64,000 bases of DNA. Origin: Acidimicrobiales bacterium (GTDB taxonomy: Bacteria > Actinomycetota > Acidimicrobiia > Acidimicrobiales > MedAcidi-G1). Under the pieces are notes generated by a model, which saw only the letters and a list, made by a program, of their open reading frames with translations, was not told the DNA's origin and did not search any database. Shown in pieces: positions 26,972 to 36,469 of this stretch; the stretch's first letter is position 1; every line of letters starts with the position of its first letter. The DNA is taken from the NCBI GenBank assembly GCA_030747775.1, contig JASLKB010000001.1:1803-65802 (forward strand), in the 5' to 3' direction. The translations under genes and the position numbers were made by a program.

Positions 26972-28063
26972 ATGACCACGTCCACCCGTGTCCACAACTT
27001 CTGCGCGGGCCCATGCACCCTTCCCGTGTCGGTCCTCGAAGAGGTCCGAGACGAAATCCTCGACTTCGACGGCACCGGCATGTCGATCATCGAGGCCAGC
27101 CACCGTGCCGAGGCCTACGACGCCGTCCACATGGACGCCTTGGCCGACTTCCGATCGCTGGCTGCTGTGCCCGACGAGTTCGCCATCTTGTTCCTGCAAG
27201 GCGGTGCCTCGCTGCAGTTCGCTCAGGTGCCCATGAACCTGTTGGCCGACGGCGAGACCGCCGGCTACGTCAACACCGGCACCTGGGGCAAGAAGGCCCT
27301 CGGTGATGCCAGAAAGGTTGCCAATGTCTACGAGGCATGGACCGATACGGACGGCGCCTTCGACCGCATGCCGGCAGCCGCCGAGATCGAGGTCCGCGAC
27401 GGTGCCCGCTATGTACACCTGACTAGCAACGAAACCATCGGTGGCATCCGCTTCGCCGAGCTGCCATCCTTCGACGTACCGCTCGTGACCGACATGAGTT
27501 CGGACTTCCTGAGCCGCACTATCGACTGGGAGGCCCACGACCTCGTCTACGGCGGCGCCCAGAAGAACCTGGGCCCGGCCGGCCTCGCCGTGGTGGCAGT
27601 CCGCAGGGACCGTCTGTCAACCCACGGCCGCTCGCTGGCCTCCTACCTCGACTACGCCACCCACGAGTCCAATGACTCGATGGCCAACACACCCCCCATG
27701 TTCGCCATCTACGTGATGGGCAAGGTCCTGCGTTGGATGCAGACCGAGGGTGGGCTGGCCACCTTCGAAACACGGTCCGCCGAACGGGCCTCGATCCTGT
27801 ATGGCGCTATCGACAACAGTAACGGGTGGTACCGCTGCCCGGTGGACGAGGCGAGCCGGTCGCACATGAACATCGTGTTCCGCCTGCCCGATGAGGATCT
27901 CGAGAAGCGCTTCGTGGCCGAGGCCGCCGAGGCCGGGATGGTCAATCTCAAGGGCCACCGGAGCGTGGGCGGTATCCGAGCCAGCGTCTACAACGCCCTT
28001 CCCGTGGACAGCGTCCGGGCGCTCGTCGAGTTCATGGACGGCTTCCGTTCCACCAACGGTTGA
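26972..28063 (+). CDS. serC: phosphoserine aminotransferase
   Basis: 363 aa. NFCAGPCTLP, FLQGGASLQF and GAQKNLGPAGL are typical SerC segments. Confidence 0.93.
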   Translation: MTTSTRVHNFCAGPCTLPVSVLEEVRDEILDFDGTGMSIIEASHRAEAYDAVHMDALADFRSLAAVPDEFAILFLQGGASLQFAQVPMNLLADGETAGYVNTGTWGKKALGDARKVANVYEAWTDTDGAFDRMPAAAEIEVRDGARYVHLTSNETIGGIRFAELPSFDVPLVTDMSSDFLSRTIDWEAHDLVYGGAQKNLGPAGLAVVAVRRDRLSTHGRSLASYLDYATHESNDSMANTPPMFAIYVMGKVLRWMQTEGGLATFETRSAERASILYGAIDNSNGWYRCPVDEASRSHMNIVFRLPDEDLEKRFVAEAAEAGMVNLKGHRSVGGIRASVYNALPVDSVRALVEFMDGFRSTNG

Positions 28064-28114
28064 ACGGGGCGCCCAACAACGCTCGTCTGGAGCGCACCGG
28101 CGGATCGAACGCGA

Positions 28115-29878
28115 TCAGCCCAGGATCCGTACCGTCCCAGCCGCACCGTCAACCTCGATCGGGGTGCCGTCGGCAATCATCGTCGTCGCTCCGGTGACGG
28201 CCACCACGCATGGCAGACCCAGTTCCCGAGACACGATTACCGCGTGGCTCATCTGGCCACCCACATCGACCACCACAGCCTCCACGGGGACGAACAATGG
28301 AGTCCACGATGGGTCGGTGAGGGGGGCCACCAGTACGTCACCCGAACCGAGGTCTCCTGGTTCGGACGGGTCTAGTACCACCCGGGCCCTACCGCGAACT
28401 AGTCCTGGTGACCCCCCGGTGCCGATGAGCACCTGGCCCGCGGTGGCTCTTGCCGACCCACCAAACTCATCTCGAGGAGTGGCACCGTGCCACTGGTCAA
28501 CCGGAGGAAGTTCCCCCTCAAAGCAGAACGGAGGTTCAAGTTCCAGCAGCTCTTCTCTGATAGCCCGCCGCTCGGCCACCGTTACCGCGAAGGCATCAGG
28601 GGCGGACCTATAGGTAGCAAACTCGTCGAGCGTTACATAGAGAAGGTCATCGGGAGCCACACCCGGATGGCGGTCGGCAAGACGCCGACCCAGTTCCCGG
28701 AGGCGGAGGCGGCCTTCGTGGATGGCCTCCACAAGGATCGTCTTGCATCGCTCCCGACCCCGGGTTCGCAACATGGTGCACCGCAACCCCCGGTCGAACA
28801 ACCAACGCTCATGCGGCCGCACACGGCGTCGCGCCACCGCCACCGCCTGTTCCCGGTCGGCGGCCCACCGCGCACCCCGAGTGCCCGGAGCATGGTCGTC
28901 GTCGGCACCACGCATCCGGTCGATGAGAGCGAGCGGTAGGGCCGGATTCGTCCCCCAGACCTCGCATCCCATCTCCCATTCGTTAGGACCCCGGGCTCCG
29001 TAACGATCGAGAAAGTCATCGAACGCCTCCAGAAACGCTGCCGCAGCGGGATCATCGCGGAGGCGTTCTTCGAGACCGGCCAAACCGTTCTCGAAGTGGA
29101 CTGTCAACTCGGAAGATCCTCTGACGAGGCGACCTAGAAGCCAAAGGGCATCGGACGGAGCCGCCGAGTCCACCTCGCCCAGACCGCCCAATAACGCCAT
29201 CAGGTCCTCACCGCGACGACCGGCGGTCCGCCGCAGAGCGTCCAGACCAATCCCAGCACCACCGGTGATGGCTAGGTGCAAGGCGAAAATCCGGCTGACC
29301 ATTGGAAGCATTCCGACCGTGTCCTCGACCAGCTCATCATCGGTAGCTTCGTCAACCGGGGTCAAACCAGCCCGCCACATGTCGATTTCGGCCACCGCGT
29401 CATCCAACGCCGGGAGACCCGTACTTGCAAGCACACGCCATCCGTAACGGAGACCTCGCACGGTAGCCATCAAGTTCCGGTCACGTCGGTCGAGCACATG
29501 ATCCGGAGCCAAGTCCTCGGATCCAAGAAACGGCGCGTCGGCGTCAGTGAGGGACATGCCCGGCGTCCGGACCGCCACCACCCGAGTGACCGACAGGTTC
29601 AAGTACGTGTAGCCACCAAACACCCCCATGAAGATGTCTGCGTCCTCATCGCACTCGGTATCGGTGACCATGCCCGTCGACCGCAAGAAGTCCCTCGCCG
29701 GATCGCCCGCCAGCGCCCGACTCATCGCCGAAGTCAGCGGAAAGACCGGCTGCGGATATACCTCGCCGGCGTTGCCGCGTGTGTAGACCGGGAACCTTCG
29801 ACTGGGTATCCCGTGGACATAGGGCCCCAACCCGAAGTCGACCAGCTGCCCACCGGCAGCAGCGGACGTCTCAGCCAT
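28115..29878 (-). CDS. PEP-utilising enzyme family protein (swivel phosphohistidine domain; no ATP-grasp domain)
   Basis: C-terminal mobile domain GDVLVAPLTDPSWTPLF ... VVVDVGGQMSHAVIVSRELGLPCVV. ATG 29878 overlaps the upstream stop (ATGGCTGA). Confidence 0.8.
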   Translation of the reverse strand: MAETSAAAGGQLVDFGLGPYVHGIPSRRFPVYTRGNAGEVYPQPVFPLTSAMSRALAGDPARDFLRSTGMVTDTECDEDADIFMGVFGGYTYLNLSVTRVVAVRTPGMSLTDADAPFLGSEDLAPDHVLDRRDRNLMATVRGLRYGWRVLASTGLPALDDAVAEIDMWRAGLTPVDEATDDELVEDTVGMLPMVSRIFALHLAITGGAGIGLDALRRTAGRRGEDLMALLGGLGEVDSAAPSDALWLLGRLVRGSSELTVHFENGLAGLEERLRDDPAAAAFLEAFDDFLDRYGARGPNEWEMGCEVWGTNPALPLALIDRMRGADDDHAPGTRGARWAADREQAVAVARRRVRPHERWLFDRGLRCTMLRTRGRERCKTILVEAIHEGRLRLRELGRRLADRHPGVAPDDLLYVTLDEFATYRSAPDAFAVTVAERRAIREELLELEPPFCFEGELPPVDQWHGATPRDEFGGSARATAGQVLIGTGGSPGLVRGRARVVLDPSEPGDLGSGDVLVAPLTDPSWTPLFVPVEAVVVDVGGQMSHAVIVSRELGLPCVVAVTGATTMIADGTPIEVDGAAGTVRILG

Positions 29879-30710
29879 CGAGGAAGCGCACATGCGCATC
29901 CAAGGCGCGCAAGACTTCATCTCGGCCCGCTGAGGGCACCCGTAGAACCGTTTCGGTAACCCCCAATTCCGCGTAGTGAGCCAGCTTCCCGGCCTCGGGC
30001 ACCGACCCGATAGGGATTACCGAGAGGTCAGCCGGATCACGATCCACCTCGTCACATGCCATCCGGAGGGCGTCGAGACCGACCCTCAGGCCAGCCCCCC
30101 CTATGGGTAGCCAGCCGTCGGCCCAAGCGGCCACCTCGGACAGCACCCGGGGACCTCCCCCACCACCGACCAGCACCGGCGGACCAGGGCGTTGCACTGG
30201 TACCGGCCATGACCAGCACGGGTCGAAGTCCACGTACCGGCCATGGAACTCCGCCACGTCGTCGGCCCACAAAGTCCGCATGGCGGCCACGTGCTCGCGG
30301 ACCCGGTCCCGACGGGTGGTGAAGTCGACCCCATGGTCAGCCATCTCCTCTCGATTCCACCCGAAGCCCACGCCGCACACTGTGCGGCCATCGGACAGGG
30401 AGTCCACGCTTGCCACCACCTTGGCCAGGTTGATCGGGTGATGCTGAGCCACGAGGGCTACACCCGAGCCCAGCCGGATCCGATCGGTCACTGAGGCCGC
30501 TGCGGCCAACGACACCCAGGGATCCGGGGAGCGGGCGTAGTCCTCCGGCAATTCGGTCTCTCCGGTTGGTGCCGGCGTGATCCGACTCGTCGGAATGTGG
30601 GTGTGCTCAGGAACCCATAGCGAGGAGAATCCCCGTTCCTCCACGGCGGCCGCCAGTTCAGCAACTCCGATTGACCAGTCGGTCAAGTGGATGGTGATAC
30701 CCAGTTCCAC
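29871..30710 (-). CDS. LLM-class F420-dependent oxidoreductase
   Basis: MELGITIHL ... ERGFSSLWVPEHTHIP is typical of the luciferase-like monooxygenase family. Confidence 0.87.
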   Translation of the reverse strand: MELGITIHLTDWSIGVAELAAAVEERGFSSLWVPEHTHIPTSRITPAPTGETELPEDYARSPDPWVSLAAAASVTDRIRLGSGVALVAQHHPINLAKVVASVDSLSDGRTVCGVGFGWNREEMADHGVDFTTRRDRVREHVAAMRTLWADDVAEFHGRYVDFDPCWSWPVPVQRPGPPVLVGGGGGPRVLSEVAAWADGWLPIGGAGLRVGLDALRMACDEVDRDPADLSVIPIGSVPEAGKLAHYAELGVTETVLRVPSAGRDEVLRALDAHVRFLDG

Positions 30711-30736
30711 GCCGATGTTCCCTGGGACTCTTCGGA

Positions 30737-31423
30737 TCAGTGGCCGAGCCGCTGACCGTCGAACCGATCCACTGTGGTGAAGTCCTCCACCGGACGCCTC
30801 GACAGTTTCGTGAGCTGACGAACCGGCACGCCGAGGGGCAGCATCGCCGCCACGGCATGGGTGTCCGGCAGACCAAGGAGGTTACGGACCTCATCCTCGG
30901 CGGGGACGACCGCCGTGGTGACCACGCCAGCCAGGCCCTCAGTGCGAGCGGCCAGCAGAATATTCCAGACCAGCGGGTACACCGAGGCCCCGGTAACCAG
31001 GCCGACCCGGTCAAGGTCCTTGTCCATAGAAGCCACCACCGACAAGTCCACGCTCACCATCAGCACCACCGGGATATTGCCAAGGTTCTCGAACAAGTCT
31101 GACCGTCCGGCCGCCGTATCCCCGGGGTCCTCGGTAGCCATAACCGCCTCGGCGTCCACCCTCGATTCGACGACCGTGTTGAACGGGTTCTCGCCGGCCG
31201 CCCCTTGGGCGGCATACAAACGCATGGTCGGACCGCAGAGCTCGCCAAGCCGTTGACGTACGTCGCGGTCACGCACTACCACCACGTGGGCGCCCTGTCG
31301 ATTGCCACCTGAGGGAGCGAACCGGGCCGCGTCCAGAATCCGGTGAAGTTGGTCGTCGGTGACCGGTTCGTCGGTGAAATCCCGACAAGAGAAAGTCGTG
31401 CGCATCGCCTCAAGGAGTTCCAT
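30737..31423 (-). CDS. nitroreductase family protein
   Basis: LLEAMRTTFSCRDFTDEPVTDDQLHRILDAARFAPSGGNRQ. Confidence 0.85.
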   Translation of the reverse strand: MELLEAMRTTFSCRDFTDEPVTDDQLHRILDAARFAPSGGNRQGAHVVVVRDRDVRQRLGELCGPTMRLYAAQGAAGENPFNTVVESRVDAEAVMATEDPGDTAAGRSDLFENLGNIPVVLMVSVDLSVVASMDKDLDRVGLVTGASVYPLVWNILLAARTEGLAGVVTTAVVPAEDEVRNLLGLPDTHAVAAMLPLGVPVRQLTKLSRRPVEDFTTVDRFDGQRLGH

Positions 31424-31453
31424 GCAATGAACCTAGGCGCGAGCCGCTTCCAA

Positions 31454-32593
31454 CTATCCGATACGAGAGACCGGGCCACCCGGTGCCCAGAAGCCGTCTA
31501 GGGAACGGTAAGGGATGGTAATGGACACGGTATGACTGCCCTGCCCACCGATGGTGCCCGGGGCGAAAGACAGCACGAGGCCACCGCGTGTGAGATTGAA
31601 GCGCTCGAAGTTGCTGGCCTCGGGCGAGGCTCCGACGACCCGCCTCTCGTCAGTCCACGGCTCCTGGGCCAGTCGACTAATGGCCTCAACCGATACAACA
31701 CTGACCCAGTCAGTCAGCGGATCGAAGAGTTCGGCCACCGTGATTGGCCGGCCGGTTGTCAGGTCGAAGGTCTCAGTCCGAATCTCCTCGTTGACGGCGG
31801 ATGCCCCGGGCATGAGGCGCCGAACTACATCGCGGACACTAAACAAGTCGTCGGTGACCAGCAGGACCTCAGGTCGATGCTGCAGCCAAGCACAGCGGGC
31901 GTGAGAGCCATCCCGACAGGCGAAGCCGAAACGCTCCACCTCGTCGGCCACATCTGCCACGAACGAACCTACTGAGCCCTGAACGAGCCCTCGAAGGCGA
32001 CCGTTGACCCGTGGTGCCTCATCGGGCCCCTCGAGGCGCTTCCAGTCGGCAAATACCTCGATGATGCCAGGGCCACCGATCTGGACGCCGTCAGGCCCGA
32101 ACGCCGGAACCCCGGTGTCCACCTCGCAGTAAACAGGCTCGACAAGCACCGTCGGGCCATCGGACTCGAGCGCGATTTCGGTCCGCTGGGCCGGAATCAC
32201 GAGAACCTGACCAACCTGAAGCCGGTCCGGGTCGGAGATGTCGTTAGCACGCATGAACTGGTCCACGGTCCGGTCGAACCGGGCAGCGATCTTCCCGAGA
32301 CTGTCACCAGATTCGACGACCACCGTTCGGGGGCCTTCGTCATCACCGGCCGTCGTTGACCCAACGTCCACCGATGCAACGCAGGCCTCGAGCGCTGTGC
32401 GCATCTCGGGCAAATCGCGGTATGTCCAGCCGGCCACGGCAGGACCTGCTCCCGTCGTAGTCGCGATAGATCCCTCAAACAGTTCCCCAACCGTGATGGG
32501 CGCCGGCTCGGCCTCCTCGGGTCCCCCGCATCCCACAGCCAGACTCACGAGGCAAACAATCGCCACCACAGGGCCAAACAGCCCATGACTCAT
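31454..32593 (-). CDS. LysM-domain lipoprotein with DUF3298/RsiV-like C-terminal region
   Basis: Signal plus Cys (LVSLAVGCGG). LysM segment VVESGDSLGKIAARFDRTVDQFMRANDISDPDRLQVGQVLVIP. ATG 32593 has a GGTGGAGAG RBS. Confidence 0.8.
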   Translation of the reverse strand: MSHGLFGPVVAIVCLVSLAVGCGGPEEAEPAPITVGELFEGSIATTTGAGPAVAGWTYRDLPEMRTALEACVASVDVGSTTAGDDEGPRTVVVESGDSLGKIAARFDRTVDQFMRANDISDPDRLQVGQVLVIPAQRTEIALESDGPTVLVEPVYCEVDTGVPAFGPDGVQIGGPGIIEVFADWKRLEGPDEAPRVNGRLRGLVQGSVGSFVADVADEVERFGFACRDGSHARCAWLQHRPEVLLVTDDLFSVRDVVRRLMPGASAVNEEIRTETFDLTTGRPITVAELFDPLTDWVSVVSVEAISRLAQEPWTDERRVVGASPEASNFERFNLTRGGLVLSFAPGTIGGQGSHTVSITIPYRSLDGFWAPGGPVSRIG

Positions 32594-32768
32594 CCGACGC
32601 TCTCCACCCTGAAAGGATCGCACGCAACAGGGGGTCGCGCGAGCACAGAAACACTCAAGGACCAACCAACGGGCCCTTGGACTGCCTAACCTGCCTAGTT
32701 GGGTACCTCACCCACCGGGCCACGGACCACCTAGTTCCGGGCCCCAGTCTGAAACGACACCTGGAACA

Positions 32769-34208
32769 GTGGCGAGAAACAAGAACAACTACTTCCAGAT
32801 GAAGATGCGAGAGCATCGGGAAGAGATCGAACGTCTCCAAGCCGAGCTCGAGTCCGCGACTGAAGCTGAACAGCAAGCCACTGAGGCCGCCAAGCAAGAG
32901 GCCGAAACCACCCGTCAGGAACGTGACGCAGTGGAAGCCGCTCGGAAGGCGGCCGAGGAGGAACGGGAACGCCTCGAGTCCCTGCTCGGTGACGAAGAGC
33001 GCGAACGACAGGTCCTCGCCGAAAAACTTGAGGCAACCGAAAAAGCAGCATCAACGCATCAAGTGGCCACCCGACGTCGCTTGGGGGCACTATCGGCGTT
33101 GGTCATCATCGCTGTGGTCATCACCCTGGCCACATCCATCGGCAGCACCGATGTGGTCGTCCAGACCACCACTACGGTGCCGCCCACGACCACGACCAAG
33201 CCGGTACCGACCAGCACCCAGCCGCTCGCAACCACCACCACCACGACAACAACAACCACGACCCTGCCACCTAAGCCGACCCTGCCCGAGCCGGTGACGA
33301 CCATCAACGCGATTGAGGTCCTGACCGACGGATACGAGTGGGGTGAAACGGGTGAAAGGGTCCAGTTATTGCAACAGGTACTAGGTGTGGCGGTGGACGG
33401 CATCTATAGGGGACCCACGAGGTCCATGCACCTGGCCGCCCTCGAGGAACGGGGCCTAGTGGTAGTCGGGGTGCCCGCACCCCCGACCACTACAACCACT
33501 TCGACGACAACAACGACCGAAGCGCCGCGCCTTACCATCGAGACCGGCAAGTCCGTTGAGGCATCCCTCGCCGAAGGAACTAGAGACCAATGGCACTTCG
33601 AGGCGGTCGCCGGAGCCGAAGTGACCGTCCGGATGACCGGCTTCGACACCCACCTCCGGCTCTATGACCCGGACGGGGAACTCGTGGTCGAGAACGACGA
33701 CCACAACGAGCACTTCGAGTCTGCCCTGTGGTTCCGAGTGGTCGAGGCGGGCGAATACCGAATCGACGCCGGCGGCTACGACGACGTTCATCATGGTGCC
33801 TACACGCTCACCTTGGAGGGCGCTGCAGTCAACATCGGCGCCTGCCTGGATATTGCTCTCCCAGAATCAATCAAGCCCTGTTCTATGGGCATTCCGGCAC
33901 ACGCGGAACTCATGGTTGGTGCGAGAGACGCCTGGACGTTCGTTGGTGTCCGCGGAAGCCAGGTCCAGATCGAGATGACCGGCTTCGACACCCACCTCCG
34001 GCTCTTTGACCCGGACGGGGAACTCATGGTCGAGAACGACGACCACAACGAACACTACGAGTCATTTCTGGTGGCCGGCTTATGTTCGACCGGCCGTTAC
34101 ACCATCGAAGCCGGCGGTTACGCCGATGCCCACGGCGGAGAGTACGCCCTGACCTTCCTGGGGGGAGAGACCCCCTTCGAAGCCATCACCCGAAGCTGCA
34201 ACGACTGA
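32769..34208 (+). CDS. membrane-anchored surface protein: coiled coil, TM, Thr-rich linkers, PG-binding domain, two PPC (pre-peptidase C-terminal) domains
   Basis: GERVQLLQQVLGVAVDGIYRGPT (PG_binding_1-like). Two copies of MTGFDTHLRL(Y/F)DPDGEL(V/M)VENDDHNEH. Runs of Thr. No catalytic domain seen. Confidence 0.75.
   Translation: MARNKNNYFQMKMREHREEIERLQAELESATEAEQQATEAAKQEAETTRQERDAVEAARKAAEEERERLESLLGDEERERQVLAEKLEATEKAASTHQVATRRRLGALSALVIIAVVITLATSIGSTDVVVQTTTTVPPTTTTKPVPTSTQPLATTTTTTTTTTTLPPKPTLPEPVTTINAIEVLTDGYEWGETGERVQLLQQVLGVAVDGIYRGPTRSMHLAALEERGLVVVGVPAPPTTTTTSTTTTTEAPRLTIETGKSVEASLAEGTRDQWHFEAVAGAEVTVRMTGFDTHLRLYDPDGELVVENDDHNEHFESALWFRVVEAGEYRIDAGGYDDVHHGAYTLTLEGAAVNIGACLDIALPESIKPCSMGIPAHAELMVGARDAWTFVGVRGSQVQIEMTGFDTHLRLFDPDGELMVENDDHNEHYESFLVAGLCSTGRYTIEAGGYADAHGGEYALTFLGGETPFEAITRSCND
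33633..33720 (+). repeat. copy A of an 88-nt intragenic near-identical repeat
   Basis: 84/88 identical to 33975..34062 by manual alignment. The repeat period is 342 nt. Confidence 0.9.
33975..34062 (+). repeat. copy B of an 88-nt intragenic near-identical repeat
   Basis: 84/88 identical to 33633..33720. Confidence 0.9.
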
Positions 34209-34444
34209 GCCAGCACCGACGGACTGGTCGAGCCGGGGAGAAACGCTGACCCCCGCAAAACAGACCCCTCCTGCCCTCCGAATCGCGTATCTCACACCCA
34301 ACCTTCCACTACCCGTCACAAACGGTGCCGGTTGAAGTCTCCAGACTTGCGTCCAAGGGCGCCGACACCGGCGGGTGGAGAGGGTTACCTCCCACATGAT
34401 TTCAATCGTGAGAAAGTTGAGGATTACGTTGGAGTCATGGTCCA

Positions 34445-35125
34445 GTGCAAAATCAAGAGGAGCACATTCTGACCACGCGGATCGATCACTTCATGTACGC
34501 AGTGGCTTCGCTAGATGAAGGCATGGAATGGGCAGCGGACACGTTCGGGGTGCCAGCCGCTTACGGTGGAGAGCACGTGGGTCTTGGAACACGCAACGCA
34601 CTTCTGTCCCTCGGCTCCGCCTATCTCGAGATCATCGCACCCGACCCGGCACAGCCGCAGGAAGGTAACGCTGGGGCACAGTACGCCACATTGACGAGCG
34701 GCGGAATTGTCACCTGGGTGGCCGAAGGCGATCTCATCACCATTGCCCAGGCACTGGAATCGGCTGGCGTATCAACTCAGGGCCCCAATCAAACCCAACG
34801 GAAGACGGAACTAGGCGACATTCTCGTGTGGGACCTGTTGTTCCCTGTCGGGAGTCCGCACGGTGGGCGCATGCCGTTTTTCATTGATTGGCTCGAGTGC
34901 GCCAATCCAAAAGACACCAATCCCGTTGGGGGTGAGTTCAGGGCGCTGGCCATCACGTCGCCCGCCGCCGATGACCTCGCAGGCGCCCTGCGCTCTATCG
35001 AGCTCGACATCGCGGTGACTACAGGACCACCAGCACTATCCGTCACGATTGACTCGCCTCGAGGCGAAGTGGTGCTCGCGAGCACAAATGAGACCTCAAA
35101 CATGCAGTTCGGTGGCATCCGTTAA
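34445..35125 (+). CDS. VOC (glyoxalase-like) family protein
   Basis: IDHFMYAVASLDEGMEW ... GTRNALLSLGSAYLEIIAPDP. Start uncertain; a stronger RBS, AGAGGAG, lies inside at 34457. Confidence 0.72.
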   Translation: MQNQEEHILTTRIDHFMYAVASLDEGMEWAADTFGVPAAYGGEHVGLGTRNALLSLGSAYLEIIAPDPAQPQEGNAGAQYATLTSGGIVTWVAEGDLITIAQALESAGVSTQGPNQTQRKTELGDILVWDLLFPVGSPHGGRMPFFIDWLECANPKDTNPVGGEFRALAITSPAADDLAGALRSIELDIAVTTGPPALSVTIDSPRGEVVLASTNETSNMQFGGIR

Positions 35126-35221
35126 GTCTCCTGCAGTTGGCCCAAGGAGACCCTGTCTTCCCTCCGTTTCGGGCACACGCGACTGAGACACACCGCCGGG
35201 GCTCTCACTAAGGTCGCGTCC

Positions 35222-36469
35222 GTGGGTACCGCAACCCCAACCACCACGTCGCCTACCTCGCCGGAACCCATCTACAACCCGTACGCCTTCGCGGTCCATG
35301 ACGACCCCTATGTCATCTATACCCGGCTACGCGATGAGGCACCTGCCTACTGGAACCCCGAACTTCGGTTTTGGGCCTTGAGCCGTTTCGACGACGTGCT
35401 CGAGGGGTTCCACGACTTCGAGACCTTCTCCTCAATGGGTGGCGTGGCCCTCGAGAGCCGCCGGAACCGCAGTCACGAGCGGCCGCCCTTCGAGCAGATG
35501 ATCGAGATGGACCCGCCAGACCACACGGTGTTCCGGAAGTTGGTATCTCGGGTGTTCACCGTCCTTCGCATGGCGGAGATGGAAGACGATGTCCGCCGGA
35601 TCGTGGCTGGCTATGTCGATGCGGTCATCGAACGTGGCGAGGCCGACCTGGTCGCCGACATCACTTCACCGTTTCCGATGGATGTCATCTCCGCCGTGTT
35701 AGGGCTCTCCGAAGCCGATCGTCCGTTCCTGCGTGAAGTCTCCGACCAGATTCTTGTCCGTGAGGACGGGTCGATGCAGATCCCCCAGGAAGCGATGGAG
35801 GCGATGTTCGATCTACTCAGCTACTTCCAGGCAGATCTGAGTCGGCGCCGCGCCTCCGGCGGCGCCGGTCTCATATCTGACCTGCTCCTTCTGGAGGTCG
35901 ATGGGCGTGCACTCACCGAGGCCGAACTGCTCGGTTTCTGCGTCCTCCTGGTGATCGCCGGCCACGAGACCACAACCAAGCTGGTGTCCAACGCGATCGA
36001 AATTCTGTCTCGACACCCGAACCAGCGCAACGAACTCGTCGCTGCTCCGAACCTGGCGTCCGGAGCAGTCGAGGAGGTGCTGCGCTTCCACAACTCAACG
36101 CAGTACATGCACCGAACCCTCACCTGTGATCGGGAGATGCACGGCCGACAAATGCATGAGGGCGACTCAGTGCTGCTCCTGATAGGCGCCGCCAACCACG
36201 ACGAACGGGAGTTCGGGCCGACCGCCGAGGAGTTCGACCTGTATCGCCGCCCGGAACGGCACCTGGCGTTCGGCTACGGCGCCCATTTCTGCCTCGGTGC
36301 GGCGCTTGCCCGCCTCGAGGGTCGGGTGGCGCTCGAGGAGATCCACCGGCGTCTCCCCGACTACGAGGTTGACCACGACGCCAAGGTCCGGTTCCACAGT
36401 TCCAACGTGACTGGGTGGTCAAGTTTGCCGATTCGCTTCACCCCGTGCTCCCCGTCGGGCAATAGATGA
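35222..36469 (+). CDS. cytochrome P450
   Basis: Heme-binding loop FGYGAHFCLGAALAR, I-helix AGHETT and the EXXR motif (EEVLR). Confidence 0.92.
   Translation: MGTATPTTTSPTSPEPIYNPYAFAVHDDPYVIYTRLRDEAPAYWNPELRFWALSRFDDVLEGFHDFETFSSMGGVALESRRNRSHERPPFEQMIEMDPPDHTVFRKLVSRVFTVLRMAEMEDDVRRIVAGYVDAVIERGEADLVADITSPFPMDVISAVLGLSEADRPFLREVSDQILVREDGSMQIPQEAMEAMFDLLSYFQADLSRRRASGGAGLISDLLLLEVDGRALTEAELLGFCVLLVIAGHETTTKLVSNAIEILSRHPNQRNELVAAPNLASGAVEEVLRFHNSTQYMHRTLTCDREMHGRQMHEGDSVLLLIGAANHDEREFGPTAEEFDLYRRPERHLAFGYGAHFCLGAALARLEGRVALEEIHRRLPDYEVDHDAKVRFHSSNVTGWSSLPIRFTPCSPSGNR

Noticed and set aside
26666-27538. 290-aa minus-strand ORF overlapping the end of the CapA gene and the start of serC
   Set aside because: Antisense to two well-supported genes. 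Low-complexity Gly/Val/Asp composition and no motif.
33231-33263. ACC/ACG/ACA codon run (and a second one near 33489..33520) as a possible microsatellite or array
   Set aside because: In frame within the surface-protein gene and encoding poly-Thr linkers. No spacer-repeat organisation.
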